Below are positions 1 to 9,142 of a stretch of DNA of 64,000 bases, piece by piece. A model generated the notes under the pieces. That model did not search any database and was not told the DNA's origin. It worked only from the letters and a program-made list of their open reading frames with translations. The position numbers were made by a program, and so were the translations under genes. This DNA is from an uncultured delta proteobacterium (GTDB lineage Bacteria > Desulfobacterota > Binatia > Binatales > Binataceae). Where the stretch lies: positions 1,952,001-2,016,000 of the forward strand of contig CAVXXK010000001.1 of NCBI GenBank assembly GCA_963765675.1. Direction: 5' to 3'. How positions within the stretch are numbered: the first letter of the stretch is position 1; every line of letters begins with the position of its first letter.

Positions 1-194
1 TCGCTGGTCGCGCCGCGCGCCAGGATGATCCAGTTGCTATTCTGGCCGGCGTTGGACAGCGCCTGCCTCAGGCCCGCGATAAATCCGAACACGATCACGA
101 AAATCATCGAGACCAGCGCGACGCCGAGCACCGTCATGACCGAAGTGACGCGCCGTTCCACAAGGCTGCGGAAATTGTAGCGAAGCGGAATCAT
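1..194 (-). CDS. ABC transporter permease (MacB/FtsX-like), N-terminal part; runs off the window start
   Basis: Manual translation from ATG at 194: MIPLRYNFRSLVERRVTSVMTVLGVALVSMIFVIVFGFIAGLRQAL...IILARGATS, a typical MacB-type permease N-terminus. Not in the ORF track. Confidence 0.8.
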   Translation of the reverse strand, partial: MIPLRYNFRSLVERRVTSVMTVLGVALVSMIFVIVFGFIAGLRQALSNAGQNSNWIILARGATS

Positions 195-288
195 CGCGGC
201 CCCCCGCCGAATTACCCAGCAAATGGCTAATGGAAATGAGACCTCCAGCTAACACGAAGGAGGGGGCAAATGGAACGGAGGGGTCTCT

Positions 289-843
289 TTAGCGCGTGAG
301 GGCGGGGCGCTTGGCCGGTTGCGGGCGCAGCAGCTCGGCGCGGGCGAGGCTTACGCGGAATGGAGATTTGAGCGCCGACATGATTTCTGAAATTGATTTG
401 TTGAGCTTGGGATGAATCAGCGCGGGCGCGAGCTCGCTCATCGGGGCGAGGACGAACAGGCGCTCATGCAGGCGCGGATGCGGGACGGTCAGGACGCGCG
501 AATCGATAATCTCCTTGTTGAAGAACAGGAGATCGAGATCGATCACGCGCGGACGGTATTTTCCGCGCGGCGGCTTTTTGCCGCGCACGCGCTTGCGGCC
601 CATGACGCGCTCGATCGCGAGCAGCTTGCGCATCATCACGTCGGCGGTAATTTCGGTTTCGACCTCGATCACGCCGTTTAGGAATGGACCCTTGACCTCG
701 CCGACTGGCTCGGTCTCGTAGATCGAGGATTGGCGCACGAGCCTGGTCTCGGGAATCTGCGCGATCCGCGCGATTGCCTCCCGATAATTGGCGGCCCGGT
801 CGCCGAGGTTAGTACCTATTCCGATGAAAGCCCGATTGGGCAT
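289..843 (-). CDS. folK: 2-amino-4-hydroxy-6-hydroxymethyldihydropteridine diphosphokinase
   Basis: AFIGIGTNLG, SSIYETEP, FLNG, PRVIDLDLL and PHPRLHERLFVLAP HPPK motifs. Confidence 0.96.
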   Translation of the reverse strand: MPNRAFIGIGTNLGDRAANYREAIARIAQIPETRLVRQSSIYETEPVGEVKGPFLNGVIEVETEITADVMMRKLLAIERVMGRKRVRGKKPPRGKYRPRVIDLDLLFFNKEIIDSRVLTVPHPRLHERLFVLAPMSELAPALIHPKLNKSISEIMSALKSPFRVSLARAELLRPQPAKRPALTR

Positions 844-852
844 TCCCTACCG

Positions 853-2022
853 TTACATCCGAAGCGCTTTGATTCTGGTTACCGCCTCTCGCAATCGTTC
901 GCTCGACACGGTCAGTGAAAAGCGAACGAACCCCTCGCCACCCCTGCCGAATCCTGAACCAGGCGTGATCGCCACACCCGCCTCTTTCAGAACGCGCTCG
1001 GTAAACGAAACCGAGGTATAACCTTTTGGAACTTCCGCCCAGACATAGAAGGTCGCGCGCGGGAGCTCGCACTTGAGACCCATCGCGCGCAGCGCGCCGA
1101 CCAGCAGATCGCGCCGCTCCTTGTAGATTGCGCAATACTCGGCGAGCTTGTCGCCGTCTCCGCCCTCGAGCGCCGTGATCGCGGCCTCCTGCACAGCCTG
1201 GAAGACTCCGGAATCGACGTTGGTTTTCACTTTACCCAGCGCCGCGACCAGTTGAGGGTTGCCGATCGCGAAGCCGCATCGCCATCCGGTCATCGAGAAT
1301 GTTTTCGACAGCGAATGGAACTCGATTGCGCACTCGCGTGAATCTTTCGCGTCGAACACGGTCGGCGCGCGGTAGCCGTCGTACGCAATTTCAGAATAGG
1401 CGCTGTCGTGCGCAAGAATGATGTCGTGTTTCAGGCAGAACCTGACCGCGCTGTCGAAGAACGCCGTATCGACGGTCGCCGCGGTGGGATTATTTGGATA
1501 GTTGAGCCACAAGAGACGGGCGCGGCGCGCGACTTCGTCGGGAATCGAAGCGAAATCCGGAACGAACCCATTTTCCTTCTTGAGCGGCAGGAAATAAGGC
1601 TCGCCGCCATTGAAAACGCATCCCGAGTAATAGACCGGATAGCCGGGATCGGGGATCAGCACGATATCGCCCGGATCGACGACGGCGGTCGCGAAATTCG
1701 CGATACCTTCCTTCGATCCGATGAGTGCGCAGACCTCGCGCGCCGGGTCAAAGCGATGGCCGAAGCGGCGCTCGAACCACCCGGCGGCGGCGCGGCGATA
1801 CTCCTCGAGGCCTTCGTAGTCGGGATAGCGATGATTCTTCGGGAGATCAGCCGCGCGCTTAAGGCTCTCCACAATATGTTGTGGTGTGCGGAGGTCAGGG
1901 TCACCGATTCCGAGGCTGATCACGTCGACGCCCTTGGCTGCGACTTCCTTTTTTAGCCGATCCAATTCAGCGAACAGGTACGGCGGAAGAAGTCCCAGTC
2001 TGGTGGCGGTCTTTATCTGCAC
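853..2022 (-). CDS. dapL: LL-diaminopimelate aminotransferase (class I/II PLP aminotransferase)
   Basis: PPYLFAELD, LGIGDPD, GSKEG, NYPNNPT, FHSLSKTFSMTGWR (PLP Lys), KTNVDSGVF; dapB nearby. Confidence 0.85.
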   Translation of the reverse strand: MQIKTATRLGLLPPYLFAELDRLKKEVAAKGVDVISLGIGDPDLRTPQHIVESLKRAADLPKNHRYPDYEGLEEYRRAAAGWFERRFGHRFDPAREVCALIGSKEGIANFATAVVDPGDIVLIPDPGYPVYYSGCVFNGGEPYFLPLKKENGFVPDFASIPDEVARRARLLWLNYPNNPTAATVDTAFFDSAVRFCLKHDIILAHDSAYSEIAYDGYRAPTVFDAKDSRECAIEFHSLSKTFSMTGWRCGFAIGNPQLVAALGKVKTNVDSGVFQAVQEAAITALEGGDGDKLAEYCAIYKERRDLLVGALRAMGLKCELPRATFYVWAEVPKGYTSVSFTERVLKEAGVAITPGSGFGRGGEGFVRFSLTVSSERLREAVTRIKALRM

Positions 2023-2082
2023 CTTAAGGCCAAAAATCCGATTTCTGCGGTCATCACGTAACTACCATACTTCACACCGGTC

Positions 2083-2258
2083 TGAAACTGGGTTGGACCC
2101 GAATTTGCCCACAGGGCACGCGCAATCCACAAGCCGCCTGCGACGGCTCGCGCACTCCGATCCTGTGGATTGATCTGCGTCCCGTTGCAAAGTCTTCTGA
2201 GGAGAGCGAGGTGGTATTCATCATCGCGGCAGGGAGATTTCCTCAACCTCCAGTTTCA
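2083..2258. ncRNA. Candidate structured non-coding RNA (~176 nt, closed by a terminal stem; family unknown, 6S-like size)
   Basis: TGAAACTGGGTTGG (2083-) pairs with TCAACCTCCAGTTTCA (-2258). Nested stems TTTGC/GCAAA, GGGCACGC/GCGTCCC, CAATCCACA/TGTGGATTG, AGCCG/CGGCT and a side hairpin GAGGAGA/TTTCCTC. Confidence 0.5.
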
Positions 2259-2290
2259 ATAAAACCCTTGTCTCCGTTGGATGAAATGGT

Positions 2291-2296
2291 TGTCAA
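2291..2296 (-). promoter_or_regulatory. Perfect sigma70 -35 hexamer (TTGACA) pointing toward the structured element and dapL
   Basis: tgtcaa on the + strand. A start ~35 nt downstream (~2261) coincides with the edge of the structured element. The -10 is weak. Confidence 0.35.
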
Positions 2297-2371
2297 GAGA
2301 GAATTTTCTACCGCTCCGTGAGCCCTTTCGAACAGGCTTTCCATTACCTTTACTTGATTTGCAACATTCGC

Positions 2372-2392
2372 AGTGTTAGACAAATTAACATT
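2372..2392. promoter_or_regulatory. Palindromic operator-like site TGTTA-N7-TAACA upstream of the act-cox operon
   Basis: agTGTTAgacaaatTAACAtt in AT-rich intergenic DNA. Confidence 0.45.
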
Positions 2393-2562
2393 CAGGCGCT
2401 GGAACTGCGCGCGCACTTCAGAGTAAGCAAGTATCTCCAAGCGTCGATACTTGTGTTCGGGAACGCGTGGGTCGGGGAAGGGCCATGACTGGAGAGCTTC
2501 GACCGAGTACGCGGTTCATCTCAAGGCCGCGTGCGGTCGCAGTTTGACCGCAAGTAGCACAG

Positions 2563-3075
2563 ATGAACCGGATATTCCTGCCCTTGGCGGCCGTCTTGTT
2601 GGTTACAGGCGTGACCGTGATCGCTTTCTCCCAGCGTCCGTGGCTGCCGCGGATGGATGTCGTACAGCCAATACCGTTCAGCCATCGGATTCACGCCGGG
2701 GTGAACAAAATTCCCTGCCAGTATTGCCATGAGTACGCCCGCCGCTCCGAAAACGCCGGCATCCCGCCGGTCGAGCGATGCGTAGGATGCCACGGCAGCG
2801 GCATCGTGGGCGGAATCCAGCCGGTTACGCGAGCGTGGAACAACCACGCGCAGCCGCCGTTCGAAATTCGATGGAACCGGGTCTATACGTTGCCCGATTT
2901 CGTAAAGTTTACGCATCGCCCGCATATCCATGCCGGAATCAAATGCCAGCAATGCCACGGCGATGTTCAGAACATGGATCGAGTCGTGCCGGTTAAGGAA
3001 ATCAACATGGGCTTTTGCGTCCAATGTCATACGCAGCGAAAGGCAAGCCTCGACTGCGTGTCGTGTCATCACTGA
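2563..3075 (+). CDS. actA: Alternative complex III pentaheme cytochrome c subunit
   Basis: N-terminal TM helix, QPIPFSHRIH, five CxxCH motifs (CQYCH, CVGCH, CQQCH, CVQCH, CVSCH), LPDFVKFTH. Confidence 0.92.
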   Translation: MNRIFLPLAAVLLVTGVTVIAFSQRPWLPRMDVVQPIPFSHRIHAGVNKIPCQYCHEYARRSENAGIPPVERCVGCHGSGIVGGIQPVTRAWNNHAQPPFEIRWNRVYTLPDFVKFTHRPHIHAGIKCQQCHGDVQNMDRVVPVKEINMGFCVQCHTQRKASLDCVSCHH

Positions 3076-3087
3076 GAGAGGAGCGAG

Positions 3088-5994
3088 ATGCCTGAGGGTC
3101 TGTCGAGGCGGTCTTTTATCAAGCTGGCCGCGGCCGCAAGCGCCGCCGCCGCGGTTCCCGGATGCGAGCCCGCCGCGCGCAAGCTTATTCCCTACGTCGT
3201 TCCCGATGAGAACGTCCTGCCCGGGATGCCTAGCTACTACGCGACGACGTGCGCGGAGTGCTCCGCAGGATGCGGCATTATCGCCACGGTGCGCGAGGGC
3301 CGCGTCACGACTTTGGCGGGTAATCCCGCCGATCCGATCGGCGCGGGTGCTATCTGCGCCAGAGGGCAGGGCGCGCTTCAAGGATTGTACAATCCGGACC
3401 GGCTGACCGATCCGATGCTGCGCGGCGACGGCGGCAAGCTCACCAAAATCTCGTGGGATGCGGCCGAAAAGTTGCTGACCGATCATCTTGGCGCCGCGGC
3501 GAAGGCCGGACCGAACCGGGTCGCGTTTCTGGGAGCTCCGCAAGGTCCCAGCTTTGCGAAGATCACGCAGGCATTCCTTGGTGCGTACGGATCGAACCGC
3601 GCGATTTTCTACGAGCCGCTCGAAAACGAAGCCGCGCGCAACGCCGCCCAGACCCTGTTCGGACGCCGCGACTTGCCGATCTATAAAATCGACCAGGCGG
3701 AAACCCTGATCTCTTTCAGTTCCGATTTCCTGGAGACCGGATCCTCGCCGGTCGAGCTCGCGCGGCAGTACGCGGATTTTCGCGCGCCCAGAACCCGCCG
3801 CGGACAGCTGACTATCGGCTATTCGTTCTACGTCGGTCCGCGCATGAGCATGTCCGCCGCCAAGTGCGACGACTGGATCCCCTCAGCACCCGGAGCCGAG
3901 GCGCAAATCGCCTGGAGCGTGCTGCATGTTCTGGTCGCTCAGCGCTGGATTGCGCAGAACTCGGGCCTCGACCTCAATGCGCTGACCACGATCGTATCGG
4001 CGTACGAACCAGCCGCGGTCAGCCAGCGCACCGGCGTTCCGGCAGAGAAGATCAATGCGATGGGCGAGGCCTTCGGCAAGGCCGACGGCGCGGTCGCGAT
4101 CGCCTCTGGCGACGATGAGGCGCTGCATCTGGCCGCGTATATCCTCAACGCCGCGACGGGGAATATCGGCCGTACGATGCTGTTCCTCGACGGCGCTGAG
4201 GCCGAGCCCGTCACCTCCGCGAGCGACTTGAGCGCCGCGATGTCCGCGATGCGCGACGGCAAGGTCGATGTCGCGGTGATCAATGGAACGAACCCAGTTT
4301 TCACGATGCCGCCGACGATGCGCGCGGCCGAATCGCTGCAGCGGGTTGGCTTCGTGGTGTGGATGGGAACCGTGCCGGACGAGACCGCCAACATGGCGAG
4401 CCTGCTCCTGCCAGCGCATCATCCGCTCGAGCAGTGGCGCGATACCGCTCCGCGTCCGGGAGTCCGCGGTCTGGGACAGCCTGTCATGCAGCCGGTCTTC
4501 GCGAGCCGCGCGGCCGGCGACATCATGCTGGCCGCGGCCGCGAAAGCGCCGCAAGCGAAAATTCCGTGGCCGACCTCTGCCGACGCGGTCAAGGCCGAAT
4601 GGCTCGCGCTGGCTCCTCAAGGTGCGAGCCAAGACGCTCAAATCGAATTCTGGACCAAGGTGCGGCGCGAGGGCGGCCTTTATAACGAAGCCAAGCCGGT
4701 CGCGGTCAAGCTCTCGACGGCGTCGCTCAAAACTCCGCCGCCGGGAGATGGCGTATCTCCGGGGCTCACCTTCGTCGCGTTTCCGCACATTTTCCTTTAC
4801 GACGGACGCGGCGCCGACAAGCCGTGGCTCCAGGAAATCCCCGAGCCGGTCAATCAGATCGTTTGGGATAGCTGGGCGGAGATACATCCTGCGACCGCCT
4901 CGAAGCTCGGGATCGCGAAGGACGAGCTCGTCGAGTTGCGCACCGAGCACGGCGCGATCGAGGTGCCGGCGCTGATCTCGACCAACGTTCATCCGGGCGC
5001 GATTGTCGTTCCTCTCGGACAGGGGCATAGCGCGTACGGTCGCTATGCGAAAGATGTCGGCGCGAATCCATGGACGATTCTCGCCGAGGGCTCGCTGCGG
5101 ATCGCGGTGACCGCAAAAGGCACTGGACGCAGTCGCAAGCTCGTCTCGCCGCTGGGCAAGAGCGACATGCTCGGACGCTCGATCGTCGAAGCGATGAGCC
5201 TCGACGAACTCCGCCACGGCGAGCCGCCGGAAGCTCCGCTCGCGCCGGAGCCGTACGAGATGTACCCGCCGTTTCCCTATCCGAATCACAAATGGGGCAT
5301 GACGATCGACGTCAACTCCTGCACCGGATGCAGCGCGTGCGTGGCGGCGTGTTACGCAGAGAACAATCTGCCGTTCGTCGGCAAAGAGTTGGTCGATCAA
5401 GGACGGATCATGTCGTGGATTCGGATCGAGCGGTTCTTTCCCGAAGACAAGGACAACGCGCCCAATCTGTATCTGGCGCCGATGCTCTGCCAGCAGTGCA
5501 ATCATGCGCCGTGCGAGCCGGTCTGTCCGGTGTTCGCCTCCTATCACACGCAGGAGGGGCTGAACGGCCAAGTCTATAACCGCTGCGTCGGAACCAGGTA
5601 TTGCGAGAACAATTGTCCCTATAAAGTGCGTCGCTTCAACTGGTTCGTTCCGGAGTGGCCGGAGCCGCTCAATCTCCAACTAAATCCCGACGTGACGATC
5701 CGCGGCGCCGGCGTGATGGAGAAATGCACCTTCTGCATCCAGCGGATCCAGCACGCTGAGATCAATGCGCGTGACGACGAGCGCGCGCTGAAGGACGGCG
5801 AGATCGTTACCGCGTGCCAGGGCGCCTGTCCGGCTCGGGCGATCACGTTCGGCGACATGAACGACAAGCAGAGCGCGATGATGCGGCGGCGCGACGATAA
5901 CAAGCCGCGCAATTACCTGATGCTGGAAGAACTCAACACCCAGCCCGCGATCGTTTATCTGCGCGACCTCTATCGCGTGAAAGGAAAGGCGTAA
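3088..5994 (+). CDS. actB: Alternative complex III ActB (Tat-exported molybdopterin-oxidoreductase-like domain fused to an Fe-S domain)
   Basis: SRRSFIK Tat motif and AVPGC lipobox; C-terminal CTGCSACVAAC, CQQCNHAPCEPVCP, CVGTRYCENNCP and KCTFC...CQGACP. Confidence 0.92.
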   Translation: MPEGLSRRSFIKLAAAASAAAAVPGCEPAARKLIPYVVPDENVLPGMPSYYATTCAECSAGCGIIATVREGRVTTLAGNPADPIGAGAICARGQGALQGLYNPDRLTDPMLRGDGGKLTKISWDAAEKLLTDHLGAAAKAGPNRVAFLGAPQGPSFAKITQAFLGAYGSNRAIFYEPLENEAARNAAQTLFGRRDLPIYKIDQAETLISFSSDFLETGSSPVELARQYADFRAPRTRRGQLTIGYSFYVGPRMSMSAAKCDDWIPSAPGAEAQIAWSVLHVLVAQRWIAQNSGLDLNALTTIVSAYEPAAVSQRTGVPAEKINAMGEAFGKADGAVAIASGDDEALHLAAYILNAATGNIGRTMLFLDGAEAEPVTSASDLSAAMSAMRDGKVDVAVINGTNPVFTMPPTMRAAESLQRVGFVVWMGTVPDETANMASLLLPAHHPLEQWRDTAPRPGVRGLGQPVMQPVFASRAAGDIMLAAAAKAPQAKIPWPTSADAVKAEWLALAPQGASQDAQIEFWTKVRREGGLYNEAKPVAVKLSTASLKTPPPGDGVSPGLTFVAFPHIFLYDGRGADKPWLQEIPEPVNQIVWDSWAEIHPATASKLGIAKDELVELRTEHGAIEVPALISTNVHPGAIVVPLGQGHSAYGRYAKDVGANPWTILAEGSLRIAVTAKGTGRSRKLVSPLGKSDMLGRSIVEAMSLDELRHGEPPEAPLAPEPYEMYPPFPYPNHKWGMTIDVNSCTGCSACVAACYAENNLPFVGKELVDQGRIMSWIRIERFFPEDKDNAPNLYLAPMLCQQCNHAPCEPVCPVFASYHTQEGLNGQVYNRCVGTRYCENNCPYKVRRFNWFVPEWPEPLNLQLNPDVTIRGAGVMEKCTFCIQRIQHAEINARDDERALKDGEIVTACQGACPARAITFGDMNDKQSAMMRRRDDNKPRNYLMLEELNTQPAIVYLRDLYRVKGKA

Positions 5995-7353
5995 GTGGCA
6001 GCCGCAGTTCAAGAACCGACCACGCCGACCTTCCGCGATATCGACCGCGGCGTGCTCCGGGTGATGGATTTCCCGGGCACGGCCTATTGGATCTGGATCG
6101 CGTTCTGCTTCTCGCTGGTCACGATCGCGGTGATCCTTTGGACCCGGCAGATTTACACCGGCCTTGGAGTTACCGGACTTCGCCAGCCAGTGATGTGGGC
6201 GGTCTATATCACGAACTTCGTGTTCTGGGTCGGAATCGCGCACTCGGGCACGCTGATCTCGGCGATCCTTTACCTGTTTCGCACGCGGTGGCGCACCGCG
6301 GTCTACCGCGCCGCCGAGACGATGACGCTGTTCGCGGTTCTGACCGCCGGCCTGATGCCGCTGTTTCATCTCGGCCGCGTATGGTTTGCCTACTGGCTGC
6401 TGCCTTATCCGAACGAGCGGTTCCTGCAGCCCGACTTCCGCTCGCCCCTGGTGTGGGACGCGTTCGCGGTCTCGACCTACCTGACGATCAGCGCGCTGTT
6501 CCTGTTCATGGGTTTGATTCCCGACGTCGCCAACGCGCGCGAGCATTCAACCGGATGGCGCCGGACGTTCTATGGGATCCTGTCGCTCGGATGGCAGGGG
6601 ACCGACCGCCAGTGGCATCACTTCGCTATGGCGTATCTGCTAATGGCCGGACTTGCGACTCCGCTGGTCGTCTCGGTGCATAGCGTGGTGTCGTGGGACT
6701 TCGCGATGGCGCAGTTGCCCGGATGGCACAGCACGATCTTTGCGCCGTACTTCGTCGCGGGTGCGATTTTCTCGGGCGTCGCGATGGTGATCACGCTGCT
6801 CATCCCGATGCGCAAGTGGCTGCATATCGAAGATCTGGTCACGCCGTGGCACATGGACAACCTGGCAAAGATCGTCCTGCTGACCTCGCTGGTCGTGACC
6901 TACTCGTATGCGACCGAGTCGTTCATGGTCTGGTACTCGGGCGACAAGATCGAGCAGATGACTTTCCACATGCGCTACTTCGGGCCGTGGGGCTGGATCT
7001 TCTGGGTGATGATCCTGTGCAACTGCCTGATTCCGCTGCTGCTGTTCTCGCCGCGGATCCGCGTGAACATGACCGTGCTGTGGATCATCTCGATCTTCGT
7101 CAATATCGGGATGTGGCTCGAACGGTTTGACATTATCGCGGGTTCTCTGACCACGAATTTCAATCCCGCGCAGTGGCATTTCTATACGCCGTCGATCACG
7201 GAAATCATGATCACGGTGGGCAGCTTCGCGTGGTTTTTGGGTTTGTTCTCGCTGTTTGCGAAATTTGTGCCGATTATCTCGATGACCGAGCTGAAGGAGG
7301 GCATCCAGTTCCTGCGTCAGGCGGTCAAAAAAGGTTCGTCAAGCGCGGCATGA
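5995..7353 (+). CDS. actC: Alternative complex III quinol-oxidising membrane subunit (NrfD/PsrC family)
   Basis: YITNFVFWVGIAHSGTLISAIL, HLGRVW, SPLVWD, SVHSVVSWDF, WHSTIFAPYFVAGAIFSG. Confidence 0.95.
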   Translation: MAAAVQEPTTPTFRDIDRGVLRVMDFPGTAYWIWIAFCFSLVTIAVILWTRQIYTGLGVTGLRQPVMWAVYITNFVFWVGIAHSGTLISAILYLFRTRWRTAVYRAAETMTLFAVLTAGLMPLFHLGRVWFAYWLLPYPNERFLQPDFRSPLVWDAFAVSTYLTISALFLFMGLIPDVANAREHSTGWRRTFYGILSLGWQGTDRQWHHFAMAYLLMAGLATPLVVSVHSVVSWDFAMAQLPGWHSTIFAPYFVAGAIFSGVAMVITLLIPMRKWLHIEDLVTPWHMDNLAKIVLLTSLVVTYSYATESFMVWYSGDKIEQMTFHMRYFGPWGWIFWVMILCNCLIPLLLFSPRIRVNMTVLWIISIFVNIGMWLERFDIIAGSLTTNFNPAQWHFYTPSITEIMITVGSFAWFLGLFSLFAKFVPIISMTELKEGIQFLRQAVKKGSSSAA

Positions 7354-7372
7354 ACAGGGCATTGGCAGAGCG

Positions 7373-7882
7373 ATGGAAATAATCGGTTCATTTGCAGACG
7401 AGCACCTCTGCGTGCGGGGAATCGAGGATCTCCACGAGGCCCAAGTGCGCGATTTCCGCGTCTTCTACCCGTTTCCGAGCCACGCAATCGAGCACGCGAT
7501 GCACAAGCCCAAGAGCCGGGTACGCGCGGTCGTGCTGACGGGCGGAATCCTAGGCGTGCTGACGGGACTTGCGGTAACGATCGGAACCTCGTGGGAATGG
7601 AACCTGGTGGCCGGTGGCAAACCAATAATCTCGTGGCCGCCGTTTATCATCATCTGTTTTGAGCTGATGATTCTGCTCGGCGGAATCTCCGCACTCGTGA
7701 GCTTTCTGATCAACGCCAGACTTCCGGCGTTCGAAAGCAAGCGCGGCTACCAGTCCCGCTTCAGCGAGGACCGCTTTGGCCTGGTCGTGAAATGCGATGA
7801 AGCCGACAGCGCGCGGATTGAGAATATCGAATCGATTCTGAGGAATGCAGGTGCAGAAGAGGTTTTGCGTGAGGCCGCGTAG
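7373..7882 (+). CDS. actD: Alternative complex III ActD (DUF3341)
   Basis: YPFPSHAIE, GGKPIISWPPFIIICFELMIL, RFSEDRFGL; located after actC. Confidence 0.9.
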   Translation: MEIIGSFADEHLCVRGIEDLHEAQVRDFRVFYPFPSHAIEHAMHKPKSRVRAVVLTGGILGVLTGLAVTIGTSWEWNLVAGGKPIISWPPFIIICFELMILLGGISALVSFLINARLPAFESKRGYQSRFSEDRFGLVVKCDEADSARIENIESILRNAGAEEVLREAA

Positions 7883-7924
7883 CCCCAAATTTTCATTGAT
7901 TCCGCGAAGCGAGGCGGACGTGCG

Positions 7925-9142
7925 ATGAGCGCGCAAGTCGAACCCGCATCCGCACTCGCCTCCGGCGCGCCTCCCGCTCCGGCCGGTCCTATCGCCGGGA
8001 CCGCATTCAAGGCCTTGATGGTGATTTTCGTCGCCGTGGGCGTGATCGGATTTGCGCTAAGCGTCGGCGGCGCAAATGCAGCCCGCGCGTGGCAGGCGTA
8101 CCTGGTCAATTTGCTGGTGTGGCTCGGAATCGCGCAGGGCGGCGTGGTGATGCTGGCGGCATTCTATCTATGCAATGGGCGTTGGGCAGGAACCACGCAG
8201 TATCGCCTGGCGGAGACCTTCGCGGGGTTTATCCCGCTTGGGTTCGTTTTATTCTTCGGACTATATTTCGGCCGCACGCTGATCTTTCCGTGGGTGCTGC
8301 ATCCGATCGCGCAAAAGGCGGCGTGGCTCAATACTCCGTTCCTGTTCGCTCGCGACGGGATCGGGCTCGCGATCATGACAGCGCTCAGTCTGTGGCTGGT
8401 GCGGCTCTCGCGCACAAAAGAGGCCACCGAATGGCAGCGCGAATCCGAAAGTATCCTGCTGGTTCCGAATCCGATTCGGCGGATCGCGCCCGCGCTCGCG
8501 ATCTGCTTCGCGATCGTCTACACGCTGATCGCGTTTGACCTTGTGATGTCGCTGGCGCCGGCGTGGCGCAGCACTTTGTTCGGCTGGTACTTCTTCGGCG
8601 GAGCGTTCTGGAGCGCCGCGGCCGCGATGGCGCTGGTTGCGGTGATCATGCGCGTACTCCTGGGCGGAAATAACGCGTTCAAAAATCCGCAGGTGATGCG
8701 CGATATCGGCCTGGTCGAATTCGCCTTCTCGGTCTTTTGGATTTACCTGCTGTTCGCTCAGTACATCGTCATTTGGTACGGCGATATTCCGGTCGAGACT
8801 TTTTTCATCGTGGTGCGAGTGTACTACGCGCCGTGGCAGGCGCTGTCGTACGCGGTGGTTATCCTGATGTGGGTGATACCGTTTTTGGTGCTGCTCGGAG
8901 TGCGGCCCAAGAAGACTCCCGCCATTCTGGGCGCGGTCTCGCTCGGCGGTGTCGTCGGAGTATGGCTCGAACGCTACGTGCTGGTAGTGCCGTCACTGTC
9001 GCCGCACGTGGTGCCGTTCGGATGGGTCGAGATTCTGGTGACGCTCGGATTTTTCGGCGCCTTCGTGCTGTGCTCGCTGCCCGGACTCGACCGGCTGGCG
9101 GCGTCCGCTACGGAGGAAGCGTGGGTGGAGGGGCACGAATGA
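7925..9142 (+). CDS. actF: Alternative complex III ActF membrane subunit
   Basis: AWQAYLVN, KAAWLNTPFLFAR, FDLVMSLAPAWRSTLFGWYF, FWIYLLFAQYIVIWYGDIPVET. Confidence 0.9.
   Translation: MSAQVEPASALASGAPPAPAGPIAGTAFKALMVIFVAVGVIGFALSVGGANAARAWQAYLVNLLVWLGIAQGGVVMLAAFYLCNGRWAGTTQYRLAETFAGFIPLGFVLFFGLYFGRTLIFPWVLHPIAQKAAWLNTPFLFARDGIGLAIMTALSLWLVRLSRTKEATEWQRESESILLVPNPIRRIAPALAICFAIVYTLIAFDLVMSLAPAWRSTLFGWYFFGGAFWSAAAAMALVAVIMRVLLGGNNAFKNPQVMRDIGLVEFAFSVFWIYLLFAQYIVIWYGDIPVETFFIVVRVYYAPWQALSYAVVILMWVIPFLVLLGVRPKKTPAILGAVSLGGVVGVWLERYVLVVPSLSPHVVPFGWVEILVTLGFFGAFVLCSLPGLDRLAASATEEAWVEGHE

Noticed and set aside
2083-2258. Lysine riboswitch or MITE interpretation of the structured element
   Set aside because: The lysine riboswitch consensus (AGAGGUGC...GCCGAA...CUGUC) is not present. 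The flanks show no target-site duplication and there is no second copy in the window.
2243-2440. 65-aa - strand ORF in the dapL-actA gap
   Set aside because: TTG start, no SD, no recognisable motif, and it overlaps likely promoter elements.
3883-5679. 598-aa antisense ORF and similar long shadow ORFs (10697-12064, 51623-53524, 57002-58243, 59564-60646)
   Set aside because: Antisense to well-supported genes; Arg-rich shadows typical of high-GC coding DNA.
8737-9138. N-terminal extension of the coxB ORF as a hidden ActE
   Set aside because: It overlaps actF out of frame and has no CxxCH. The true start is ATG 9139 with a lipoprotein signal.
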